A stretch of DNA of 33,916 nt from the NCBI GenBank assembly GCA_024181965.1, contig BQXS01009689.1, positions 1-33,916 on the forward strand. Direction: 5' to 3'. Numbering within the stretch: position 1 is the first letter of the stretch; each line of letters starts with the position of its first letter. The notes beneath the pieces were generated by a model. It was given only the letters and a program-made list of their open reading frames with translations. It made no database searches and was not told where the DNA came from. The position numbers were made by a program, and so were the translations under genes. This stretch comes from Aduncisulcus paluster. Lineage: Eukaryota. Shown here piece by piece: positions 20,204 through 32,200 of the stretch.

Positions 20204-23200
20204 ATGTTAATTGTTAAACCTCCTGAAGTTGTATTTGGGATATCTTCCCAATTTCCAGTGTCTTTGCAAAAGAGTGTCTTCATACAAAATACAAGTGGCA
20301 AAATTGTAAAGATAAAAGTATCCTCTCCTGCCACTCAGCATTTTCAAGTTTCTAAACCTTCCAAAACTGAAATTCCATGTGGTTTAGAAGTCGAAGTTCA
20401 AATATTTTTCCAAGCAATTGAAGAAAAGACATATTATGATTCTTTCTTCATATATTCAGATTCTGGACAAAAAATTGAGGTCAAATTAAAAGCTATTCCA
20501 CCAAGTCCCGCATTTGAATTTAACAAATTCTTAAATTTTGGAGTAATTACACCTACAGAGGTTGTTCAGAAAATTGTCACCTTCAAAAACACTGGTTCAA
20601 AGACAGGATTTGTAAAATTGTGTTATCAGCAACCGTTATCATCCACAAAAGATCAAGCATTACTTGAAGAAAAGCCTGCCACACCTGTCATATCCATTGA
20701 GCCCACCATATTCGAGTGTGAACCCGGTGGTCAACGTTCTGTTAAAGTTACAATAACCCCTCGATCCGTTGAGAATGTTCGTGTTCTTGCCCATGTCCGA
20801 CAGTGGGATACCATGGATGCTGCCAGGATGGATTCTGGCCCTGTGCCATCAATGATGTCTCAGAGTGCCATTTCACGGGGGATCCCGAGTTCGTTCAGTT
20901 CTACCACAATGGCAACAACGTCCAGTACAAATTCAGGCTCATATATTGACATTTCATGCTCCGTTGTTGAGCCTGTTGTCACTATCCATGACGTTAAAAC
21001 TGGAAGAGAATTAACAGAATTATCATTTCCAAATACTCTATTCTATCATTCCGTCAAGAGAGAAGTTGTTTTAGTTAATAGTGGACCCCATCCTGTTGAA
21101 TTTAACCTCCAATGGAACGATCTCTCTCAGTCAAAGTTCTTCCGACAAGGAGGCGATGATGACGGCATGGAAGCTATGAAAAGTATGAAGCTCGGTGCCA
21201 AACCTGTTTCTATGCCCCCTCCATCTCGATCATCAGAGCCTGCTACTTCCCCTGAGCTTTTGGCTGTCCACCAAGAGACTCGCACTCCTCCAATCACATT
21301 CTCGCCACCATACGGTGTTCTCCAACCCCATTCCTCACAATCTATGACAGTCACATTCACACCCGTTTGTAGGCGGGGTGTTTGCGAGCGTGCCGAACGA
21401 TTCATGGGACAGGTGAATATGAAGAGAAGGAAAGACCTTCTCAAGAAAGCCATGGATATTAGTACAAGTGCACAGAACGATACTTCGCGGACTTCTGGGA
21501 GATCTGGTCATCCAATGCCTGCAGGTTCTTCTGGTACCCGCAAAGGACTTGTGGGAGTATCTGTATCCACCCTTATGGGCAATTCGGCAGTGTCTCCTGG
21601 CATTAAAACCGGAATAACATCCTCTTCGATGAATCCCAAAGATTCTACATCCCTCGCACTTGGAGAGATGCCCCATGTTGCAGATGGGGCTCTTGACACC
21701 ACCCTTCTGGCCCATTTAGGAACAGAATATGCTCTCATTGTTCCAGATTCAGATCTTAGTATCTATGACTTGGTATTGAAGCTCTGTGTGAAGAATAAGG
21801 TTGGTAATGCAGGAGTTGGAGATGATCCTTCAACAGCTCTTTCCATGTCTGCCAAAGGTACATCTCGAACTAAACCAATCGTCACTCCATCATCACAGTT
21901 CTCTGTTCTTCGAGAAGTCATTGTCAGGGGCCGTGGGGTTCGTCCAGATGTGACTCTTTCCCATCTCAAGATAAATTATGGAGAGTGTCCTGTGGGATCC
22001 AAAGGGCATGTCACACATTGTTACATTCAGAATAACTCAAGAATAACCACAGCAGCTATTGATGTTGGGAATTTAGCCTTCTTCAAGGTGCATCCAACAA
22101 CCATTCCTGCCCTTCGACCTATGGAAAGGGCTGATCTATACCTTGAGTATTGTCCTCGGGTTCTGGGTCCTACTGTTGGTGATATTAATGTGAAAGTCAG
22201 TGGTATGTTTGACCTCAAGGTGAGGGTTCGAGGTGTTGGAATTGGGAAGAAGAAAGAAGTGTCTGAAATTGTTGGAAAGGGAAATCTGATTGAAACATCC
22301 TTAGAACCGACAACAGCCCGCAAGAAGACTCTTACCGTTGCCGGAGAGTCAAAACGCACTCCTTTCAAATCTACCAAGAAGGTTATGAAACATTTGACGA
22401 CATCTCTACTGCCCGCATCAGAAATGGCTTACTTGGACGAGTATCATAAAGAGGTTGACGATGAGAATGGTCTTGCACCACCCACCCTTGAGATGTGTGA
22501 GATGGAGGATCATTTGATTGTTGACGATAAAGGTGGACGTGGGCCTTCCTCTTCCACATCCTCTGGCACATCATCCACCGTTCACAAACATTCCCATCGT
22601 ATCAGACACGCCCTTAATAACACACAGGATCTCATTAAACATAAATTCCCTGCCCACGCTGTGGGAGCTGTCGTAGATGAAGTTAGTGTACAACTGACTA
22701 ATAGAGAGATGCAAGCAATTCACACTGGTCCAAGGTCATTTGATATGGGAACAGTAAGTGTATTTTCAACATCTGCCCAGAGTTTTAACATAAACAATGG
22801 AACCCCAAGGCATATTGTGGTAACGATTATTAGTAATACGAGTGAATGTGAACCTTTCCCATCCTCTCAAGTGATTCCTCCCGGTGCTATTGCTGGATTT
22901 GACATTGTTCTTGCCCCCACCGTTCCTGCTCCCTTCTCACAGGCCCTTGAGGTTCTTGTCAATGGTGCAGTGCAGTATGTTCTTGATGTTACTGCTTCCG
23001 TCTCACCAACTATCCTATTCTGTGACACTGACCGTGTTGATTTTGTACTTGACGACAGCAACATTCTTGAGAGTAGCATTGAACACTATGTCCAATTGGA
23101 AAATCCGGGGACGGCAGATGCCAAATATTCGACTCGAATGGTTTGTGTAAAAGACAAGGAAGAGAAGGATCGCACTGCTAAACTCACTTCAAGAATACCC

Positions 23201-26200
23201 ATGTCTTCCAGGGTTCCAATGTCCTCTAGAGTTCCTTTATCCTCTCGAATTCCAATGTCACAGAGAACTCAACAAGGACAGACTCAGAATGCCATTGGAG
23301 GTAAGGATGCAACTGGTAAGCAAGGAAAAGATGATGGCTCTCCAAATCCATCAGCTATTGACTATTTCTCAATTTCCCCTGCCTCTGGAGTGATCAAAGC
23401 TGGTGATAAGACATCCCTTTCCGTGACGTGGATCCCAGGCATCCTCAAGACATATCACGTGCATTTAATTGTTGATGTTGAAGGTGGAGAATCTCTTACA
23501 ATTGATGTCACTGCCCATATTCCTCCTTCAAAGATTGTTACTCCTCAAAAGAAAATCAATACTGGAGCCATTTCCATTGGAGTCTGTAAGGATGTCGATA
23601 TCTCTCTCAAGAACGTGAAGGACACCGATGCCTTCTTCTCTGCTTCGTGTGCAAGTACCATTGTTAGTGTGACACCACAACGAGGCAAAGTCCCAGCGCT
23701 ATCCTCTCTAACTTTGACTGCCTCAATCCTGAGTCTCAAGGAACAGGTTATTGACACCCATCTCTGTGTGAGTGTGTGTGGAGGAGGTGTTGTTAAGATT
23801 CCTCTTCGATGTGAAGTCTTACTTCCATCTCTGGACATGAAAGTTGTGAGTTCAGATGAGGAGAAAGAAGAGGAAGAGAGGAAAGGATCAGGTGGAAAGC
23901 TGCCAAAAGGGATGGAAGAGCTTGAAGAGTTGAAACGCAGCAAGGATAAAAAAGAGAAAAAGTCGGACGAAGAAGAAAAAAGAGATGGTAAGAAAAAAGA
24001 GGGTACTACAACAGATTTCTCATCTCCTGTATCATCTCCCCACACTCCTTCCCCTTCTTCAGTCCTTTCTTTCTCAGCCGTCAGTGTTGGACAACGTAAG
24101 AAACGGGTACTATGTATTGCCAACCAGAGTGTCATCCAGGCTACAGTATTCATAGATTTACGTTCTGAGCCATGTTTTTCTATTCTTCCTCCATCTCACC
24201 TTCCTCTTCCTATCTCTTCTTCTTGGGCCTTTCCTAGAACTACCCTATCCACATCACCTCAGTGTGTATACAGTGTAACTGTCGAGGAAATGATGAATGT
24301 GCTTGGTGGACGGGGTCGTGGAAACACGAGTATGATTACAGCTCAACGTGATGCCAAAGAGTCTGGGAAAGAGGCTGCCGATGTCTCTGATATTTCTTCC
24401 AATGCTACATCCTCCGTTAAAGTGCAACTCAGTGTTCTTAAACAAACGTTAGGGGTCAAGGATGATGGAAAGATGAAGCTATTCGAAGGTGATTATGACG
24501 ATGAGGATTCTAAGGCCTCTCCTTCTTCTGTCGTTAGTGCTATGTCTTCTTCCAGATCTGATCCTACCTCTTTCTCTCTTGCTCAAATCACTATCCCACC
24601 TCGTACCACTGTTCCTCTCTGTTTCTTGTACACTCCTCGTGCTGTCCATGAGAATTTCAAATTCAAACTTCCCTTACATGTTCTCGGAATGAGAGAAATT
24701 CCTCGTCAGCTCTCATCAATGATCACTGCAACCTCCACCCCTCCACAACTCCTTTTGTCTCCTTCTACCCTTGAAATGGGCTATCACAAGATTGTCAATA
24801 GTGAACGCCTGGGACGCATGCTGACAATCTCTGGGGTGCGTCGATGTGTGCTTAAGAATGCTATGGGTAAAGGTGTGTGGTGGTGTGTGGTGACTCGAAA
24901 GGTCTGGAAAGCTTGCATCAAGCTTATTGGTGGAGGAAGAGTACCTGTCAAGTCTTTGCACCCTACGTTAGGGAAACCGTTGAAGTTGGAGTCGTCAGAT
25001 AAAGGAAAGATGACAATCAAACCTGGCTGGGATACAGAAAAAGATCGAATATGTGAAACTATTAAAGACTATCTCCTGTCCCCACTTGCTTTCATATCTT
25101 ATCCTTGCTGCGGTTTCTTGCCTGCCCACACTTCCACCTCTCTTTCAATCACTTTTACTCCTACAAACCAACAGTCATATCGTGATGAACTATGCATTGT
25201 TCAAGGGGATATTATCAAGAAGGTCGTGGATATGTGTAAGATGAAAGAAAGCAACCCTTCATCTTCATCCTACCTTGATACCTCCATGTGTGGAACAATT
25301 GAGCAATATGATACTTCAAACTCGTTATTTATAATGCAAAAGATGCGAAGGATGAGTTTGTTAAATTATATGCTTCTTGATTCTGCCAAGAAATTTGGAG
25401 AAATGCCAAAGAAACCTTCAGGTAGTAAGTTGGCTTCTGAGTCTCATCTCCAAGATGGCGCCTCGGGTAAAGTGAAGAAAGAGCCCAGCTCTCAACTCCC
25501 TTCGTTTTCACAACCCCCAACTACACTTTCCCTCTCTGGTTGTGGTGTTGAATCATTCCTTCTCTTTGACCGGACTCATGTGCAGCTCCCTCCTGTTCCT
25601 CTTGGAGTCTGTAGTCGTGGTATTATTCGTATAATTAACTGCGGATTCACATCATGCCGTATCTCACTCTCATTGCCTGCTGAATGCAGTGGTGTTCCCC
25701 TGGTTCTGTGGTGGGGCAGTGAAGTTAGTATCGAGAAAGGAAAAGACGCTCTTCTCGATCACAACACTAAGTTTGCTTCGTTGTTTATATCTTTTATGTC
25801 ACGTAGATCCCTGAGTTTCTGCGTGAAGATCGAAGTCCTAACTAATGATGGTGACATATTCCCATTCTATGTATCTGGAGCTGCTGACGACAGTGTTCTT
25901 GGTGTTGGACATACTATTGAGTCATACAAGGACGTTATCATTGGAATGAAGGGTAAAGGACTTCCAATGAGTGGATTTAAGGATGGTGTGAAGGCTCTGG
26001 CTTCTGTATCTGGCGATTCAAGTATTATTGCAACTGAGGCTGCTATTCAGGCCGGATTTGACCTTGGTGCTCTCAAATCGGATGGTCATTCTGATTCTCC
26101 AGTCCAAACTACCGGTGCACTCAATGCCTTCAGAAGTGCACACATGTCTTCAAGCAGTGTTATTCGTTCTTCCCGTGCTTTACTCACAAACCGTAAACCA

Positions 26201-29200
26201 GCTAAAGGTACCAACACTCAAATGTCTCAAATGATTGTCAAAACGTTCGTTTCTTTCCCTGCTGTGTTAACTGCTGCCCTGATGAATCGAGTTGAGATTG
26301 ATCGAGTTTTCAATATGTTGGATGAGAAAAAGCAGAGAGCGGCTGGAAAAGATGGTCTTCGTGGAATGATATCATTACCATCTCTCCCACAGCTCCCATT
26401 TGCTTCAGACACAACTATTTCCTTGTCACAGGCCCTTGAAGAAGTCTTGAAGCTTTCCCTCTCATTGTCTCACCCAACTCCCAGCTCTTTGCCCCTGTTA
26501 ACTCCTTTCAACCATCACTTCCCTTCAGCTCTTCCTTCCGATTTGCTATTCTTACGTTCATTCTTCCTCTCATCCACTCCCCGTGTTCTGTTTTTGTCAC
26601 AATTCCCAGCTATTTTACACACTGACAAAGGTGTTGAATTTGCTTATAGTCTCATTAACACACTGTTTGGCAAAAAGGTAAAACGAGAAAAGAAGAAGAG
26701 AGGAGACAAGGATGAAAAAGTTGAAAAGAAGAAAGGAGAAAGAGGAAGTATTGCGTCTTCCCTTCATCTTCTTGAGATGTTTGATGTGCTTATTTCTCAT
26801 GTGAAATCCTTTGGAGGTATGGTCAGTACTATCATTCCTGCAATATTGTTGCCGTTACATCACTATTTGAACGTGTGTGTGTACTGGTACAAACAGAACA
26901 TTGATATTCTTGAGGTTCAAGATGAGTCTGATGTTGTTCACACTCCATCTGTATCTTCTCCAGGAATGAAGTCTGAATCTGCAAGATCTTCATCAACTTC
27001 ACCTTCACCAGGTACAAAATCCCCATCAGTCACCGCAGAGCCAGAAGGTGTCATGGTTGCCACCCCTCTTGTTGCTCTCTCTCATACTGATATCTCCTCT
27101 TCTTCGCCCATCCTCTCTGCTATGATACGCACATGTTCAGTTCAATGGTCCACTGCCCATAACTCAGCCTGGGCCATGTTACTCTACCAATGTCTTCGCC
27201 TCTGTGTACTCGGTGGTGTCAGCAGAAAGAGTCTTGCGGTTGCTACAGAGAAGGCACAAAGTCCTGTTCTCCTCCTTGGTGGAGTTGGACAGCAGAAGGA
27301 TGAGAAGGAAGCGGATAAGGCTAAAACTGAGGACAATCCCAAATCTGATCGTGATGGAAAGAAACCAAAGGGTGCTGTTGGTGGAACTACTGGTTCCGGT
27401 TCTTCTCCTATTGCCCATCTCCCTCTCCCACATGTTGCTGGAACTCTTCCTCCAATTCCCTCTACCTTCCTTCAACCTTATCAGCATACGTCCAACACTC
27501 ATTCGTCGTCCGAAATATCACTCCTCTTGTGGTTAAATCGTTGTTTAATCCTCTCTTTGCCCGCTTTGAGGATGATTTTTGGCGTGTATTCATCAAATGC
27601 TGAGATCATTTCACTCCTTGCCAAAACACACAAAGGGATGATGCAAATTCAGAGAGAGAAACAGCAAAAAGCTGCACAAATGATGAAACACGATATCAAT
27701 GGTAGTGAACTCTTGGCTGATCCTCGGATGTCATCTTATCAATATGACCAATACATGAAGCAAAAGAAGAAGCTTGATCTCACTCTTGCCAAGTACAATG
27801 TTATTGACCAGGAAACAGTTGCTCTTGCACGCGTGAATACCTTATCCATGAACCATTGTACTTCATTCGGTTCATTGCTTCTCTCGTCATTTTTCGTCTC
27901 TGGTTCTTCCTCATTCCTATTTTTACTGTGTATTGGGTGTGTCTTGGTCTGTTATGAACCTCAACTNNNNNNNNNNNNNNNNNNNNTTGACCAGGAAACA
28001 GTTGCTCTTGCACGCGTGAATACCTTATCCATGAACCATTGTACTTCATTCGGTTCATTGCTTCTCTCGTCATTTTTCGTCTCTGGTTCTTCCTCATTCC
28101 TATTTTTACTGTGTATTGGGTGTGTCTTGGTCTGTTATGAACCTCAACTGTGTGAATTATATGAGATTATTGCTGATATCAACTCTCAAGTATATGTTCG
28201 GTTAAGAAACATCATTGGCCATGATACTTATGGATCTACAAGTGCTGATGGTGCTGATGGAAAGAAAGGAAAAGATGTTGTCATTCCCTCTTCTGTATAT
28301 CCTGCTCTGGCTTCTCTTGATATTGGATCTATCATTGCTGAGGATGAACAAGAAGCTTTTTGTAAAATATTGGCCTCTACTCTCAAGAAAATGGGCATCT
28401 TGTCCATTGGTCCCGCATCGCTTGCTGGTTTAAGTCCTCAAGAACGAGTTTTGTTGAGTTACTTGTGCTTTGAGAATGCTCCTCTTCATGCTCCAAGATC
28501 TGATGTAACTGTGACTGTCAACCTTTCTGAGTCTGTAACCCGTTCGATTGTTCTCTCAAACCCTTCTGACCGCGTAATCACCTATACTGCCCATATCCAG
28601 GGAGATGTTCGTGGAGAGGTTAAAGTTGCAGATGGAAATGGAAAGATAACAGTTGAGGCCAGGAGTAAGAAATCATTCTCTGTTGTTTTCAATCCGAAGT
28701 TTGCTGGGAGTCGAATCTTCCGTTTGTCGTTAACACCTGTCAATACTGGTGCGGCCCCCGTTGTGTTCACCATTCGTTTGAATGTCAAATATGGATTGCC
28801 AGCTCAATCATATATGTTCTCATCTGCCACGTATACCCACAATACTCGAGTAATTCGTATTCATAATCCATTTGATCAGCCGTTTTCGGGACAAGTTCAT
28901 GCTGTTCAAGTTGAATCGCGTGCAGAAAAGGACGAAGAAGGGAGAAATATGATCACTGATTATCAATTCCAGTCAGATGCCGATAGTTTGAAGCTTGGAG
29001 ATGTTATTCAGAAGATTAAAGAGAAAGAAGAGAAAGAAAAGCTCAAGAACCAGTTGAACAGAAGACGTCATGGATCTTCAATTTCTTCCAGTTCAGGCTC
29101 TGAATCTGGAGAGGATAGAAATCTTGCTATTGAACGTGCTTTGTATGGCATTACTCCAGCTCCTTCATTCCCTCCCCTTGTTGATAGTCTTCTCCCTCCT

Positions 29201-32200
29201 GCCGATGTCACTGGGAAGGAGGTGGATACATCTTCCCTTGTTGGTGCTCGTAGTTCCAATAAGGATGTGTTTATTCCTCCATTCTCATCTGCTCTGTTCA
29301 CTTCATCGTTATCAATACCTGCTAAAGGATATTGTGATGTTAGAATCAGGTTTTCTCCTTGTAAATGTGGAGCTTACCGTTGTGTTTTCGTTGCTCAGGA
29401 TGAAAATGTTGGTGAATTCGTTGAGTGCTTTGTTGGAATTGCTGTTCCTCCTTCTCCTTCCACAACTATTGAAGAAACTGGATTCACAAACCAACCCTTG
29501 AACCTTTCTATACCTGTTCCATACCGTAATACGTTGTTTGATGTTGTTAAACCACGAGGCGAAGGTGGAGATGTGATCAAACGCCTGCGACAAGTCTTTA
29601 CCCGCGGAGAGAAGGTGAAATACACTGTTATAAGTAGAGCTGAGTTCATTAAAGTTCCCAATAATCTCTATTTATTCTCATCGGCAAAGGAAGACAAGAG
29701 TGGTACCAACAACATGCTCAATGTGAGTGTGTCTGCTGCTCTTCCTGGGGAGTATGTTGGCTTTATCCTCCTCCAATCGAATGTTGATGTTCGTGTTGTT
29801 CGGGTACAATGCACAATGTTCAAGAAACAATCAGATATCGTTCTCCAGCTCCACACTCCAGCCAGGAAGCAGATTCATCAAGAGATTCCAATCCATAATC
29901 CTCTGTCATATGGTGTTAGTGTCAATATCGAGCGTTTCATGTGGGAAAGGGAGGTCGATAAGAGTGAATCCATGCTCTCTGTTGAAGGAAAGAACGTGAT
30001 TGAGGAATCCCTCGCCCATTCGTCGCTATTCTCTGAGAAAGAAGGTAGTGGCAGCATAGAGGATGAAGATGATGAACCCATTGAGGAGTTGAAGGTATTT
30101 CCTATCATTCATGAAGTTTCTGTCCCAACTGAGGTGTTTGAGTATCTCTCAGCACCTTCTCACCTTGAAATTCCTCCCAATGGAACGACATCTCTCCGTG
30201 TAGCATTCTCTCCTGCTTGGAAGTGTGATCTCCGTGGAGCTATCATTGTCTCTCACACATGTCCTGCAATCAATCAGACAATCCGTCTCTCCATGAAGGT
30301 TAGTGAGCCCCTCGGTTGTGGTTGCATCGAAGTTGAAACCCCTGCAAAGGTTAAGAAGGACGTTCAAATCGAAGTGACGAATCCATTTGCTGAAATAACA
30401 CGATTCCTTGTCAACACTGATGTAAATGTTGTAAAAGGAGATGATGAGTTTGTGTTGCAACCTCATGAAACCAAAATATACAACTTCTCTGTATATGCTC
30501 TCCGCAGTGGGAAGTATCGAGGTGTGATTACATTCACTCCTCCTTCCAAGCATTACCTTTGGTATGCCATTTCCTGTTCTATTTCTCCACCTCCTCCCGA
30601 ACACCGTCTCCACATTTCTGCTAGATGTAGAGAGACTGAGAGTGTGACGATTCCCGTTGTTAATTCTATGGATTTCCCTTGTGAATGGATTGTGTTTTGC
30701 GAAGGACCAACAGGATTGGTCGTGAATGAGAATGTCGTTGTCAGTGCAAATGACACTGAGCAATTTACTATCTCGTACACACCACTGATTGAGGAAGAGG
30801 GCGAAGGTGTTGTGTCATTTGTGAGTGAAGCAGGTGGGGATTTCTGGGTTCATATTACTCTTGAGTCTTTGCCCCCACAAGAAGAGGTTATTGATGGTTT
30901 TGAGGCCAGTATTGGACAACACCAAGAGAAAACTATTGTTGTTGACAATCTCACTGACATGTATTGTGATTACACGTATTCTTCATCCAATTCTAAGATA
31001 TTCGGAGCAATTATTCCTAAAGAGCTTCAAGAGAAGATTGGGGGAAGAACAAAACATAATGTCTTCACTCTACCACCTGATACAAGCCAAGAGATTAAGA
31101 TAAGATACATGCCTTCCTCGATTGGTGATGAAGAGGTTGCTACCATCATTTTCAATTCGACTGATTCTGGAAAGTTCATTTATAAATGTAAAGGACGAGG
31201 AACTTCACCTAAACCCTCACCCCCGTCTTATGTTTCTGCAAACCTCGGTTCTACCTCTTCATCTCTCATCTTGTTCACAAATCCTTTCTCATTCCCATTG
31301 TCCCTCACGTGCGAACTTCAATCTCAAGAACCTTTGGAAGATGTGGGTATTTCTGATCATTCCTGCTTCACTCTTCTCTTGAAACAGAAAGTAATGGTTG
31401 TTAGAAGTGGAAATTCCATTCAGATTCCTTTCTCTTATCATGCAAAACAACTTGCTAATTGCTGGAGTGTGATTGTCGTGAAGGTTGTTGGAGACAGTGG
31501 TGCAGCTGCAACTCGGCACGGCACTCGTAGAGGAACTCGTACCAGGGTTTCCTCTCGTGTTGAAGGGAGAAAGGGCGATGCCGTATCTTCTGCCTCTCAT
31601 CCCCTTCGCTGGGAATTCCCAATCTCAGGTGTCACTGTCGTTCCCTCCTCCCTATCTCCTCTTCGTCTGACCTGTGCAGCAAGGAGTAGAGTTGTGAAGG
31701 TATTATCGCTGAATGTACGTGGTCTTGCTGGAATGATGACAAGTTCTCACCGTCCTGAGCTTCTTCGGGTTTCCATTGAGTTTGCATCGGGGTCTGAATC
31801 TCCAGGATCCCTTGGAAATAATGTATGGAGTATTCGTCAAACTTCTTTCCCTGTTCCCTCCCAGCTTCAGCCTGCTCAAGCTCTCCCTACTTCGAGTCGG
31901 TCATCGAAACACTCTATCATTAACATCACATCCATGTCTGATGCAGCATCATTGAGCGCATCTACCTCAGCTCCAAGCCCAGAGGATGATGAAGCCCGTG
32001 TTGGGTTGGAGCTTCGTGAAGCAGCTTCTCCATACGATCCTCCATTTGAACAGCTCGGTCTCCCTGTTTCCTTTTGTCCAAGAAAGCCATTGTCTGTCAC
32101 TGGAACAGTCATTGTTGAGGCTCTTCCAACCGGAGGAAGATGGTTATTCCCCTTACATCTCAACTCTACTCTCCCTCCCCACGATGGTGTGATCCGTGTT

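Noticed and set aside
27804-28149. Internal repeated hydrophobic domain in CFAP47
   Set aside because: It is an exact duplicate either side of an N gap, so an assembly overlap.
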